Source: an uncultured Verrucomicrobiota bacterium
Lineage (GTDB): Bacteria; Verrucomicrobiota; Verrucomicrobiia; Palsa-1439
Direction: 5' to 3'
NCBI GenBank assembly: GCA_964566575.1
Contig: CAZMKD010000260.1
Location: 521-64,520 of the forward strand
DNA: 64,000 bases
This document shows positions 1 through 9,700 of the stretch, piece after piece. The position numbers and the translations under genes are program-made. The notes beneath the pieces were generated by a model that ran no database searches, was not told where the DNA came from, and worked only from the letters and a program-made list of their open reading frames with translations. Numbering within the stretch: position 1 is the stretch's first letter; each line of letters starts with the position of its first letter.

Positions 1-1434
1 CGCGCCCATCATCGCCGCCAGGGGCAACGCGGGAAACAAGAACCGCCACGGCCGGAATGTCAGCAGATACCAGCCGGCGTACGCTCCACAAAACAACCAC
101 AGCACGCGCCGCAAGTTCTTGTCCTTCCCACGCACCAACAGCAGCAGCGGCGCGGCCATCAACAACACCGGCACACCGCCTGGTTCGATGAATGAGTATC
201 GCCACGCACCGCGGACGAAATCCAACAGCCCGTCCCCGTCGAAACGCGGGCCGTGCTTTGCGGCGAACATCGCGGCCTGTGCGTCGCTCCAGAGCGGGCC
301 ACGTTCTAAGAGTGGAAAGATGGGATTGCCGGTCAAGAGCCAATTCTTGATGAGCCAGGGAAGGACGAAGACAGAAGACAGAAGACAGAAGACAGATGGC
401 CGACGAAGCGACCGACAGCCGAGGGCGACAAACACCGTCGCCGGCAACAGCACAACCGGCACCGCCGTCCATTTGGTCGCCACAGCGCACCCGGTCATCA
501 TCGCCCCGAGCCACAGGAGTTGCTCATCGAGCAGCGCCCCAAACGCCAGGGTTGCAAAGAACGTCGTCGCCAGATCAATCCGCGCTGTCTGGCTCAAGTC
601 TTGAACGAACGGCACACAGTAGAACAACGCCACCGCGGTCATCGCCACGCGTCGCGTCCAGAACCGACCCGCAACGGCATAGACCGCAAGAGCGGACAAC
701 AAACCGAAGCTCCAGTGCAAGAGCTTCGCCGCGATATCCGACCTCGCAACCATGGCGAGCAGGTACAGCATCTCGGTGAGTTGCGGAAGATTGGAGTAGA
801 AGTTGTGCGGCAGACCCACGATCTGGCTTGCTTTCAAATACTCGGACGGCACGCCGAGATGATATTCCAGTTCGTCGTACTCAAACGGCGGCGACAGCGC
901 CCCGACCAAACACAGCGCTCCAGCAATGATGACGAGCACAACCATGAACTTCGACCAGCCATCGAGCCGCCCGAAGCTCGGCTTTCGAAAGAAACTCCGC
1001 GGCCCCGGCAAGAGCCATGACGAGAGCAACACAAACACCCACGGAATCCTGCTGACGGAGACTGCGCCAATCACCAACACGACAACCGCCACGCACCACA
1101 AGCCTGTCGCGAGGGCAAACAAGGCGGTCAGCAGGCTTCTTTCCGTCGTCAGCTGCGAGACAACGAGCGCCCCGATGCCGGACGCCGTCAGAAGAATCGC
1201 GGCCACGCACCCGGCATCGCCCAGGCGCGCCAGCCAGAATTCGCCAAAGTGCGGACCAATGCGCAGCGCCGGCAGGTTGATCGCCATGAGTTGCGCGAAT
1301 TGAACCGGTATCAGCCACGCCTCATACCGGAAGAGAAAGACAACCGCCAATGCCGCTGCCCAGCCAAAGGCCAGCATTCGTGTGACCGGCGGTGAGAAGT
1401 GCGAGGTGAGCCCCGCGCCCGCGTCGTCGCTCAT
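1..1434 (-). CDS. Polytopic membrane protein, GT-C-fold glycosyltransferase-like (GT39/ArnT/PMT-like). The C-terminus runs off the window start.
   Basis: The minus-strand frame is open from ATG 1434..1432 to the window edge. I checked it codon by codon. It is missing from the ORF track only because no stop lies inside the window. The protein is MSDDAGAGLTSHFSPPVTRMLAFGWAAALAVVFLF... with at least 12 hydrophobic helices. An acidic loop FEYDELEYHLGVPSEY is typical of GT-C enzymes. The plus-strand track ORFs 119..1303 are out-of-frame shadows of this gene. Confidence 0.7.
   Translation of the reverse strand, partial: MSDDAGAGLTSHFSPPVTRMLAFGWAAALAVVFLFRYEAWLIPVQFAQLMAINLPALRIGPHFGEFWLARLGDAGCVAAILLTASGIGALVVSQLTTERSLLTALFALATGLWCVAVVVLVIGAVSVSRIPWVFVLLSSWLLPGPRSFFRKPSFGRLDGWSKFMVVLVIIAGALCLVGALSPPFEYDELEYHLGVPSEYLKASQIVGLPHNFYSNLPQLTEMLYLLAMVARSDIAAKLLHWSFGLLSALAVYAVAGRFWTRRVAMTAVALFYCVPFVQDLSQTARIDLATTFFATLAFGALLDEQLLWLGAMMTGCAVATKWTAVPVVLLPATVFVALGCRSLRRPSVFCLLSSVFVLPWLIKNWLLTGNPIFPLLERGPLWSDAQAAMFAAKHGPRFDGDGLLDFVRGAWRYSFIEPGGVPVLLMAAPLLLLVRGKDKNLRRVLWLFCGAYAGWYLLTFRPWRFLFPALPLAAMMGA
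365..398 (-). repeat. Heptanucleotide tandem repeat (ACAGAAG) inside the CDS 1..1434. Three perfect copies with two degenerate flanking copies, about 4.7 units.
   Basis: Plus-strand sequence acgaag acagaag acagaag acagaag acagatg. The reading frame is currently intact and encodes ...SVFCLSSVFVLPW... Confidence 0.8.
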
Positions 1435-1476
1435 GACGCGGGCATTGTAGCGGCAGATTCCCAAACGGCAAGACGA

Positions 1477-2532
1477 CTACTTGCCCTTCGCGCCGGCCGT
1501 CTCGTCCTCGTCGGTGAGATACTTCTTGTGACCGCGCCCCTGTCCGCGGCCGGTCTCGTCCTGTGCCGACGTGGCGGCGGTGGGCGCGAGCGGCCTCGGC
1601 GTCGGCTGCACCACGACAACGGACGGCGGGACCGGCGTTTGCCGGCGTCCCTCAGTGCGTTCCCGTTTCAATTCCTTTTTCGCCTGCCCGGTGGGAGCCG
1701 ACGCTCGTCGGTGTATGTTTTTTGTCACCAGTAGGCGAACCTCCGCTGTCCGGTCAGCTTGGCGCCGTGCGCCACGGATCACTTCGGGACGGGTTATCTG
1801 GCCGGATTCGCGTTGAGCTTGGCGGGCCTTGATCACCTCGGCGGGCATTGTCCGTTGGCGTTCAACTTTGACTTTGACAACCCGGCCGGGATTGTTCCTC
1901 TCAATCACGTTCAAGCTCGGGCCGTTGTTGATGACCGTGTTATTGACCCGCGTGATCCTGGTGATGTTGACGGTCTTGTGGATGACGGTCTGGTTCACGA
2001 CCAACACGCTGGGACGAATCGGTTCGCAGAAGTGGCGGTGCTCGACAAACACAAAAAACCGCGGTTCCACCACCACGCGTTCCGCGACGATAATCCCGCC
2101 CTCGAAGTCACTGTCCGGCGGCAACGGCGCCCAGCCAACGTACCCGCCCCCTTCGCGCCAGGACACCCACGACGGCGCCCAGACCATGCCCGGCACCCAC
2201 ACCTAACCATACTAGGAATCCCACGCCCACCGGCCGTAATGATACGTCGCCCACGCCCACGGCTCGTCACTGGCCCAGTACCAACCGTCATCGCTCCACT
2301 CCCAGTGACCGTAGCCATACGGCCGTCAGTCGTGGTCAACATACGCCGGATACCAGCATCGGCCGTAACGACCGGATTCAACCCAATAGCCGTCCGACCG
2401 CAGCGGCTCATAGAAATCGTGCACACTTTGAATTTCGATCCCCACCGAGATTGTCGAATGGGCTTGGACTCTGCCGGCCGCACCCAGACTTACGGCCATC
2501 GCGACAGCCATCAACAGTAATTTAAGTTTCAT
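1477..2532 (-). pseudogene. Secreted Trp-rich repeat protein (YxWGxW/WxxGxW-like repeats with a basic C-terminal domain), interrupted by three in-frame stop codons.
   Basis: Track ORFs 2326..2532 (signal peptide MKLKLLLMAVAMAVSLGAAGRVQA...) and 1477..2202 are in the same frame. Between them lie TGA 2326..2328, TAG 2212..2214 and TAG 2203..2205. Each stop falls where the W-rich periodicity predicts Trp ([26 protein letters not shown]). TGG>TGA and TGG>TAG are single G>A transitions. Confidence 0.65.
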
Positions 2533-2655
2533 CCGCTGATCCTTTCGTTACCGCTACTTCGACGCCGCCACCCAGCTTCGTATCCACTCGCAGGAACTTC
2601 AAGCTCGATCAGTTGAGCTTTCCGTGCGGGAGGGCTAAGCTGCCGCGCATCGGCG

Positions 2656-3762
2656 ATGCAACACCAATTCGACCTCATTGTTGTGGGAGGCGGCCCGGCA
2701 GGCTCGGCCGTCGCCGCCGGCTGCGCCCGGGTCGGGCTGTCCGTGGCATTATTCGAGCAGTACAAGTTTCCGCGCCACAAGGTTTGCGGCGATGTCATCA
2801 ATCCGAACTGCTGGCCCACGCTGGACTGGGTCGGCGCCGCCGGCAGAATTCGCGCTCTGGATCAGCACCAGATTACCGGTGCATTGTTCACGACAAGCGA
2901 TGGGACATCGCTGGATGTTCCGATGCGCGCCCAAGCCATCCGCCGCAGCCTCTTCGATGCCGCACTGCTGAACCACGCGCGCGCTTGTGGCGTCGTGATC
3001 TTCGAAAGTGAACCGGTTCATGACATCAACCGCACCGGTGAAGTCCAGACCCGCCGTAGACGATGCCGAGCACTCCGAGGAATCGTCGGGGCGGACGGAC
3101 GTCACTCCGTCGTCGGGCGTAAACTCGGACTCGCGCGGAGAAGTGACGTCAGAAATGGGCCGATTGCCTTCCAAGGCCACTTCCGCGCGACGCCATCGCT
3201 GGATTCCCGTGTGCAATTGCATCTATTTCCCGGCGGCTACTGCGGTGTCGTGCGCGTAGGCGATGACCAGGCCAACGTGTGCATCGTGACCGATCGTGCC
3301 GGGGCTCGGCATCATGATGACTGCGAGGCACTGTTTGCGTACACCGTGTGGCAGAATCGGCAGTTCCGCGCCTTGGGCATCGATCCCGAGCCACTCGACC
3401 GGTTGGAGAGCGCCCATCCACTTGTAACGCCGGTCAGCACGCCGTACCGGGACCGTGTGTGGCTCGTGGGAGACGCTCTGCGGACAACCGAACCGTTCAC
3501 CGGCCAAGGAATCTTCTTTGCCCTGCGAACCGCCGAGTTGGCGACGGAGTCCATTTGTGCCGGCCGCGATTACGCTTCGGCCGTCCACGCCTTGTATGAT
3601 GAGCGCGGCCGGACGAATGCGTTGCTGCGGCGTCTGCTCTATCGCGAGCCGGTCGCGGCGCCCGTCGTGCGGGCGTTGCGGCATTGGCCGGCGGCAACGC
3701 GCTGGCTTGCCGGCAACGTGCTTGCGGAGCGGCGTGTAACCATTACAATCGCGCGACGATGA
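2656..3762 (+). CDS. FAD-dependent oxidoreductase of the geranylgeranyl-reductase family.
   Basis: N-terminal Rossmann motif DLIVVGGGPAGSAVA, 368 aa, and a C-terminal GDA..P.TG.G motif (LVGDALRTTEPFTGQGI). Confidence 0.8.
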   Translation: MQHQFDLIVVGGGPAGSAVAAGCARVGLSVALFEQYKFPRHKVCGDVINPNCWPTLDWVGAAGRIRALDQHQITGALFTTSDGTSLDVPMRAQAIRRSLFDAALLNHARACGVVIFESEPVHDINRTGEVQTRRRRCRALRGIVGADGRHSVVGRKLGLARRSDVRNGPIAFQGHFRATPSLDSRVQLHLFPGGYCGVVRVGDDQANVCIVTDRAGARHHDDCEALFAYTVWQNRQFRALGIDPEPLDRLESAHPLVTPVSTPYRDRVWLVGDALRTTEPFTGQGIFFALRTAELATESICAGRDYASAVHALYDERGRTNALLRRLLYREPVAAPVVRALRHWPAATRWLAGNVLAERRVTITIARR

Positions 3763-4298
3763 ATGACCGGGCTGTGTTTCTCGATCGCGACGGGGTGCTG
3801 ATGCAAGACTCCAACTACGTCGGACAGGTGGACCACGTGGAGTTGATTGATTCCGCGCCGCAGGCGCTTCGCCGGCTGCAGAATGCCGGGTTCCGCTTGT
3901 TCGTGGTGACCAATCAATCGGGCGTCGGTCGCGGTTACTTCACACGGGAGGCCGTCGAGGAAATTCACACGCTGCTCAATGCGCAGTTCGAACAGGCTGG
4001 CGTGCGCATTGATCGATACTACGTGTGCCCGCACCATCCGGAAGACAAGTGCGATTGCCGGAAACCGAAACCGAAATTTCTGCACGAGGCGGCACGGCAA
4101 TTCGGGGTCGATTTGAAGCGTTCCTTCATGATCGGCGACCGCGCCAGCGATGTGCGATGTGGTGTCAACGGCGGCACCAAGACAGTCCTTGTGCTGACCG
4201 GCGCCGGGCGCGAGACGGTCGCAGGAGGAGAAGTCGCGCCGGATCAAGTGGTCGCGGACATCAGCGCCGCCGTTGATTGGATTTTGCAGCAAACGTGA
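3759..4298 (+). CDS. gmhB: HAD-IIIA phosphatase, GmhB-like (D,D-heptose 1,7-bisphosphate phosphatase or histidinol-phosphatase family).
   Basis: HAD motif I FLDRDGVL. VVTNQSGVGRGYF. Zn-binding C-x-H-x(n)-C-x-C (CPHHPEDKCDCRKPKP). IGDRASD motif. The start ATG 3759 overlaps the upstream stop (ATGA). Confidence 0.8.
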   Translation: MNDRAVFLDRDGVLMQDSNYVGQVDHVELIDSAPQALRRLQNAGFRLFVVTNQSGVGRGYFTREAVEEIHTLLNAQFEQAGVRIDRYYVCPHHPEDKCDCRKPKPKFLHEAARQFGVDLKRSFMIGDRASDVRCGVNGGTKTVLVLTGAGRETVAGGEVAPDQVVADISAAVDWILQQT

Positions 4299-4491
4299 CA
4301 CGGCGAGTCTCGAACCTTCTGCCGCTTCACTGGCGAGGGCGACACCGCCCCCTTTACCATCACCTTCCCGGAACGGACGGGCGAAGAAATCGAGTGGCGC
4401 ATGATGAAAATGTTCGCCGTGATCCTGCAACACGTCAACTTCCCTTGACGCACAGGGACGGGTGGAGGATGATAGCCGGCGGAGAGATTTG

Positions 4492-5337
4492 ATGAGCGCG
4501 CTGCGTGACGCCGACCGCCAAGCCCTTTTGAAGTTGCTCGCCGACGACGATGCAACGGTGTTGCATCTACTCGGAGAGCAATTCCACGAGATGGGCAATG
4601 AGGGTCGCACGTTCCTGGAAGCGGTTGCACAGGACGCCGCGTCGAATGCCCGACGCGGTGCGCAATCGATTCTGCAGACGCTCCGGGAACGCGAGGCACA
4701 CGATGCCTTCGCGAACTTCTGCAGCTCGACCGGCCACTCGATTGATCTGGAAGCTGGCTGCTGGCTGCTCGCGCGAACCCGGTATCCAGATTTGGACCAG
4801 CGCGCTTATGAAGCACGACTCGAGGGGTTGGCCCGGGAGCTGCGTGAGCGATTAACGGGACGCGAAACGCCGCGCGCCACGATCGAAGTTTGCAACCGGC
4901 ATCTGTTTCAAACGCTCGGGTTCCGCGGTAACAAGCAGGATTACTCCGACCCCGACAACACCTATCTCAATCGAGTGCTTGACCGCCGGCTCGGCATCCC
5001 GATTTCTCTCGGCGCGCTCTATCTGACACTGGCCCGTCGGCTGCGCCTGCCGGTGCAGGGCGTGAACCTGCCGGGACACTTCGTTCTGACGTGGCGCGTC
5101 CACGACGGGGGATTCTATATTGATCCGTTCAATGGCGGCCGGTTGTTGAGCGCCGCTGACTGCCGGGAATACTGTGAGCAGATGGGCTTCGAGTTCCAGC
5201 CGAAATTGTTGGCGATCGCTTCTCCCCGGCAGATTCTGCTGCGGATGTGCAACAACCTGCGCGCCATCTATGCTGCCAGTGATGAACCGCGCGCGGAACA
5301 GATCGGGCATTTCATCGCCCTGCTCTCGCGGCCGTAG
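4492..5337 (+). CDS. Transglutaminase-like superfamily protein (SirB1/YchA-like, with TPR-like N-terminus).
   Basis: 281 aa. A GGAGAG Shine-Dalgarno sits 7 nt upstream of ATG 4492. The transglutaminase-like core is YSDPDNTYLNRVLDRRLGIPISLGALYLTLARRL...GHFVL. Confidence 0.7.
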   Translation: MSALRDADRQALLKLLADDDATVLHLLGEQFHEMGNEGRTFLEAVAQDAASNARRGAQSILQTLREREAHDAFANFCSSTGHSIDLEAGCWLLARTRYPDLDQRAYEARLEGLARELRERLTGRETPRATIEVCNRHLFQTLGFRGNKQDYSDPDNTYLNRVLDRRLGIPISLGALYLTLARRLRLPVQGVNLPGHFVLTWRVHDGGFYIDPFNGGRLLSAADCREYCEQMGFEFQPKLLAIASPRQILLRMCNNLRAIYAASDEPRAEQIGHFIALLSRP

Positions 5338-5345
5338 GCCGTCCG

Positions 5346-6464
5346 TCACGGACTAGTAACGGTAATCTTGAGGTTGCCAGGGAATGCCAGCGGTGCTGGG
5401 CTCGCCTCGATGAAGAAGGTATTAGTCCCGTCAGTCGTGAAGCTGATCTGCGTCACGCTGTTGGACCCGGTCGCGGTCGCCACCACCGTGAGTCCACTGG
5501 CGTCAACGACGGTCGTCCCGTTCGAGATGACCAGCGCACACGGGCCGGTCAAGACGTTGAGAATCGTATCAAAGTTGCTTCCATCCGTGCTCACCCGGAA
5601 GGTTCGGTTCGCGGACGCCGTCGGCAGACTGACCTTCCAGAAAGCCAGCCCGATGGGATAGTTCTCCAAGTTTGCGGACGCCGTGAACTTCGCTTTACTG
5701 TAGGGAGGATTCTTGGCTTGGAAAAAGACTTCCTGCGCCGCCGCACAGTTGTCGTTGAGGCCCGGACAAGTGAACTGCGTGGTCGGATCACGCGAGATGC
5801 TCTTCAGTGTCCTCTTGTCGTTGGGCGAGCATTCGACGAGTTCTGACGGAAAATCATTGGTGACGCCGCTATTGTTGAATTTCTTCAGCACCGACGTCAT
5901 ATCTTTCGCGGCGACGGGATCCTGCCCGGCCGCCACGATCCCGGCCAGGTCAATCAAATCCGGCGGGAAGCTGACTGTCACTCCGTTGCTACTATAGCTT
6001 GCATACTCCGGACCAGTGCCCAGCAGGACATTGTTCGCAATTGCGGCAATCAACTCCACGGCGAGTTTTTTACGGGCGCGGCACAATCTGGATCCGGGCG
6101 AGTGATCACCCTGATGCCCCCCCGGCTCCCCGGTCACGCCCTTCCCTCGGTAGTAGAACCCCAGCGCTTCGACGAACGTGTCGGCTGCGTCCAGGACATT
6201 GTCGCTATTGCGGTTGGCCGTGGGCAGACACAGAAAACCGATGCTCATTGTCCCGCCGTTGGCGATGATCGCACGTTGCAGGTTGACGCAGGTCAGATCG
6301 TTCGAGTACCCGTGCGTGAACCAGTACAGTGAGTTCCGCGTGATGTCGACCGAATGCCGGGCCGGCTGTGTCGTCGGCAGACATGCTGTCTGTGCTGTCG
6401 CCGTGGTGCTGGTCAGCAACAGCACTGCCCCGACCAAGGCAATCAGGTTTCTGTATGTCCTCAT
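5346..6464 (-). CDS. Secreted hypothetical protein with a C-terminal pre-peptidase C-terminal (PPC)-like domain.
   Basis: Signal peptide MRTYRNLIALVGAVLLLTSTTATAQT. The C-terminal block FRVSTDGSNFDTILNV... resembles FKLDSPTAG..SSFDTVLSV in the adjacent subtilase. It lies 10 nt downstream of ORF 6474..6710, in the same operon. Confidence 0.75.
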   Translation of the reverse strand: MRTYRNLIALVGAVLLLTSTTATAQTACLPTTQPARHSVDITRNSLYWFTHGYSNDLTCVNLQRAIIANGGTMSIGFLCLPTANRNSDNVLDAADTFVEALGFYYRGKGVTGEPGGHQGDHSPGSRLCRARKKLAVELIAAIANNVLLGTGPEYASYSSNGVTVSFPPDLIDLAGIVAAGQDPVAAKDMTSVLKKFNNSGVTNDFPSELVECSPNDKRTLKSISRDPTTQFTCPGLNDNCAAAQEVFFQAKNPPYSKAKFTASANLENYPIGLAFWKVSLPTASANRTFRVSTDGSNFDTILNVLTGPCALVISNGTTVVDASGLTVVATATGSNSVTQISFTTDGTNTFFIEASPAPLAFPGNLKITVTSP

Positions 6465-6473
6465 CGCATTCTC

Positions 6474-6710
6474 CTATTCGTCACGGCTCATCGGGGCCTT
6501 CACCGCATCGATCTTGGCCGGATCGGCGGTGGTGATGATGTCGATCAGGCCCACCTTGACGCCGTCGATTCCGTCGCCCAAGCTGCCGGTGTAGTTCACA
6601 CACAGCGCGATGTCCAGGCATCCACAACTTGCGTTTGTCTGCGCCGCCACCCCGCTGCGGCTGCAATCGCCATCAGTCGTTTGATCTGATGTTCTCTTGA
6701 CCCTTTTCAT
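6474..6710 (-). CDS. Small hypothetical protein (78 aa, 4 Cys) translationally coupled to the subtilase.
   Basis: Its ATG at 6710..6708 overlaps the subtilase TGA at 6709..6707 (ATGA). Third-position GC usage matches the host. No homology is recognisable. Confidence 0.45.
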   Translation of the reverse strand: MKRVKRTSDQTTDGDCSRSGVAAQTNASCGCLDIALCVNYTGSLGDGIDGVKVGLIDIITTADPAKIDAVKAPMSRDE

Positions 6711-9700
6711 TTCACGTTCACGGTCGACACAGCTTGGACAGCATCACTCTTGGTGGCGTCAGCGACGGAGGTGAACGTCATCGTGGCCGGATAGAAACAT
6801 GGCCAAGCGTACCGGTCGACCTTCATCTCGACGCGGATCAGCGTTGCATCACCGGTAACCGCACCGGGGGCGAGCGTACCGGTACGGAACGTGCCAGCCT
6901 TAACTGCCGCAGTGATGTCCGTGTCGTCACGGTGATCCGCACCCAAGAAGTAAGCGACTGTGACGCCATTTGTAGTGTCAATGCCCGGGCATAAAATGTC
7001 GCCAGTGCCGCTGACCGCGAACGAGTCAGGACGGTTGCCGGTGTTCTGTACGCGGATGTAGAAGACTTGCCGGCTGCGGCGACGCGCCTTGACAGCAATC
7101 GACTGAAACTCTCCCGTCGTGTTAAAGACATTGGCGCCGATGAACGTCGAAGACTTCCGTTTGCGGGAAATCTGAGCATCCGGCTGCTTGCCGACGCCCA
7201 GGCCGCTCAACGCCACCTGATGCGGGCTGCCGGACGCGTCGTCGGTAATGCTGATCGCGGCCGATGCCGTGCCAATCTGAGACGGCGCGAAGCGGACGTC
7301 CACCGTGCACGTCTCACCGATTCCCAGCACGGCGTTGCTGCAGGCCGTGGACACGATGCTGAACTGGCTGGCGCCGCTCCCAGTCAGGCCCACCGCTGAG
7401 ATCGTCAGTGCCGCCGTCCCGCAATTAGTCACGGTGACGGTCTGGCTCGGACTGGCGTCACCCACCGAAACGGTACCAAGATCAATGCTGGCCGTGCTCA
7501 GGCAAACCTGAGGCGCGGATGACACTCCCGTTCCTGACAACGCCACATTGTGCGGACTGCCCACGGTGTTGTCGCTAAACGTCAGACTGGCCGTCTTCGA
7601 TCCGTTGGCCGACGGGGTGAAGGTGACACTGACCGTACAACTGCCCCCCGGCGTGATGGAGCCGCCCGAGCACAGGTCGTTAGTGATGGCGAAGTCACTC
7701 GCATTGGCCCCGGTGATTGTCACGAAGTTGCTGATGACCAGTGGCGCCGAGCCGCAGCTGGTAATCGTCAGACTCTTGGCCGCGCTGGTGAAACCGACTG
7801 CCACCGAGCCGAACGAGAGCGAACCCGCGCTACTGCAAACTGCGGGCACCGCAGACAATCCAGTGCCACTCAACGATGCTGTGTGCGGGCCGCCTATTGA
7901 ATCGTCATTCACAATCAGTGTTCCCGTCCGAACACCAGTCGCGGTCGGAGAAAACGCGACGGTAATTATACAATTGCTGCCCGATGGAACCGTGCTGCCC
8001 GGGCATCCCCCAGAAACGATGAAGTCCGACGGATTTGCGCCGCCGACGGTCACATCCGGAATTTCCACTGGAACAGGGGTGTTGTTTTGGAAGGTGATAG
8101 TTTGAACCACACTTGTAGTCCCGACAGATTGTAAACCGAAAACCAAGTTGGTCGGGTTGAGCGTCACGAAGGCGCTGGCTTGAACATTCAAAACCATCGT
8201 GCCCCCCGAACCACCATTCCGCGGCTCCACGACGATGAAATACGTGTTGGAGCCATCGGTCGTGAAGGTGACCTGGGATTGTAGATCGCCGCCGGCATTA
8301 TTGTTCGCCACCAGTTCGATCAGCGCACCGCATTCGCCCCTCGTAAACAAGGTTTGTGGGACAGTTTGAACCTGCCACACTGACAAGACTGTGTCGAAGC
8401 TGCTGCCGAACGTATCCACCGAAATCGTCGCGCCTGCGGTCGGCGAATCAAGCTTGAAGAATTCATCCGCGCCACCCCGGGCAACCGTAGGGCTCGGATG
8501 TACGTTATGGTACGTCGTCCTGTTTAGATTGTTCCTGAACACGTAGGGGATACTCGTGATGCTGATGGCCGTCTGACAGGAGTCGTTGGTCGCCGAATTC
8601 GGCACGTCCGAAGGATTTTGGCTGTTGTACACGACCAGCGCAAAATCCTGATCCAAACCGCCGCCGACGTTTGGCACCCCATCGCCGGGGATGTTTACGG
8701 ACTGGACGACCACCGTGTAGGGTGCGCCGCTTGTCACCGCACCGCCCGCGGGGAGGAACACGCTCTCCATATTATTGACACTGTCAACGGCGCCGCCAAC
8801 AACCGAATGGTCCGCTGAAAACACGTTTCCTTTGTACGTTTGACCGCCGATTGTCACCTGCAAGTCGAGATCGTTCACCAGTTGCTTGAGCGCGGCAGGA
8901 TTGCCGGGCGCGTCCACCCACGCCACCGTCACGCGGAACGGCAATCCGTTGCTGGCGACCTGTCCGATGACCTCATAGCTCTGCCCTACCTGGCTGAAGT
9001 AGGTCTGCTGTGGCTGGGAATTGGTGCTGGTCAGGGGCGCGTCAATCGCACGCGGAGTGGATTCATCGCGAATCACACGCGTCACCCCGTCGAACATGCG
9101 CAGCAGATCCATTTCTCCCATACCTTGGAGAATGGAAGGCAGCGTGTCCAATGCTCCCGTCTGAGGGTTGGTCACCGGCAAATAGCGGGCCGAATTGCAC
9201 AGATACGCCTTGGCCATGGCGGGGCTGGGTTGCAGCAGCCGCGTGCCCAGCTCACTAAACAGCCGGTTTTCGAAATACCACCAGAGAAGCTGAATTCCAC
9301 CCGAAACGGCCGGCGCTGCAAAGCTGCTCCCGTTCGCGCACGTATAGAGACTGGTATAAAGCGTTGCCGTGCTCGTGCAGGAGGGATCAATACTGGTTAT
9401 GATGTCGGGCGAGAGAGGGATGAGGTTATCAGTACTGCAGTTTGTGGAAGTTAACCCGCTGGCACGATGGTCCCGCGAAGGCTGCAATTGATTGTCTGCG
9501 ACGTATACAGAGCTGCCCGGCGCGACAATCTCGGGTTTGAACCGGCCATCAATGGCCGGGCCTGCCGCAGACTGAAGCCACATATCGAGCGAGTCGAATT
9601 GCCCATAACATCCATCAAGCCTCGGATTCACACCCGAGCCGACAGAAATGACGTTCTTGGCCGTTGCCGGAGCCGTGATGCGCGATTCGGCGAATCCGCC

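Noticed and set aside
119-1318. Track ORFs 119..604, 396..779, 520..1020, 926..1303 (plus strand) and 881..1318, 834..1070 (minus strand).
   Set aside because: They are out-of-frame shadows of the verified long minus-strand membrane-protein gene 1..1434. Their compositions are Arg/Pro/Ser-rich and of low complexity.
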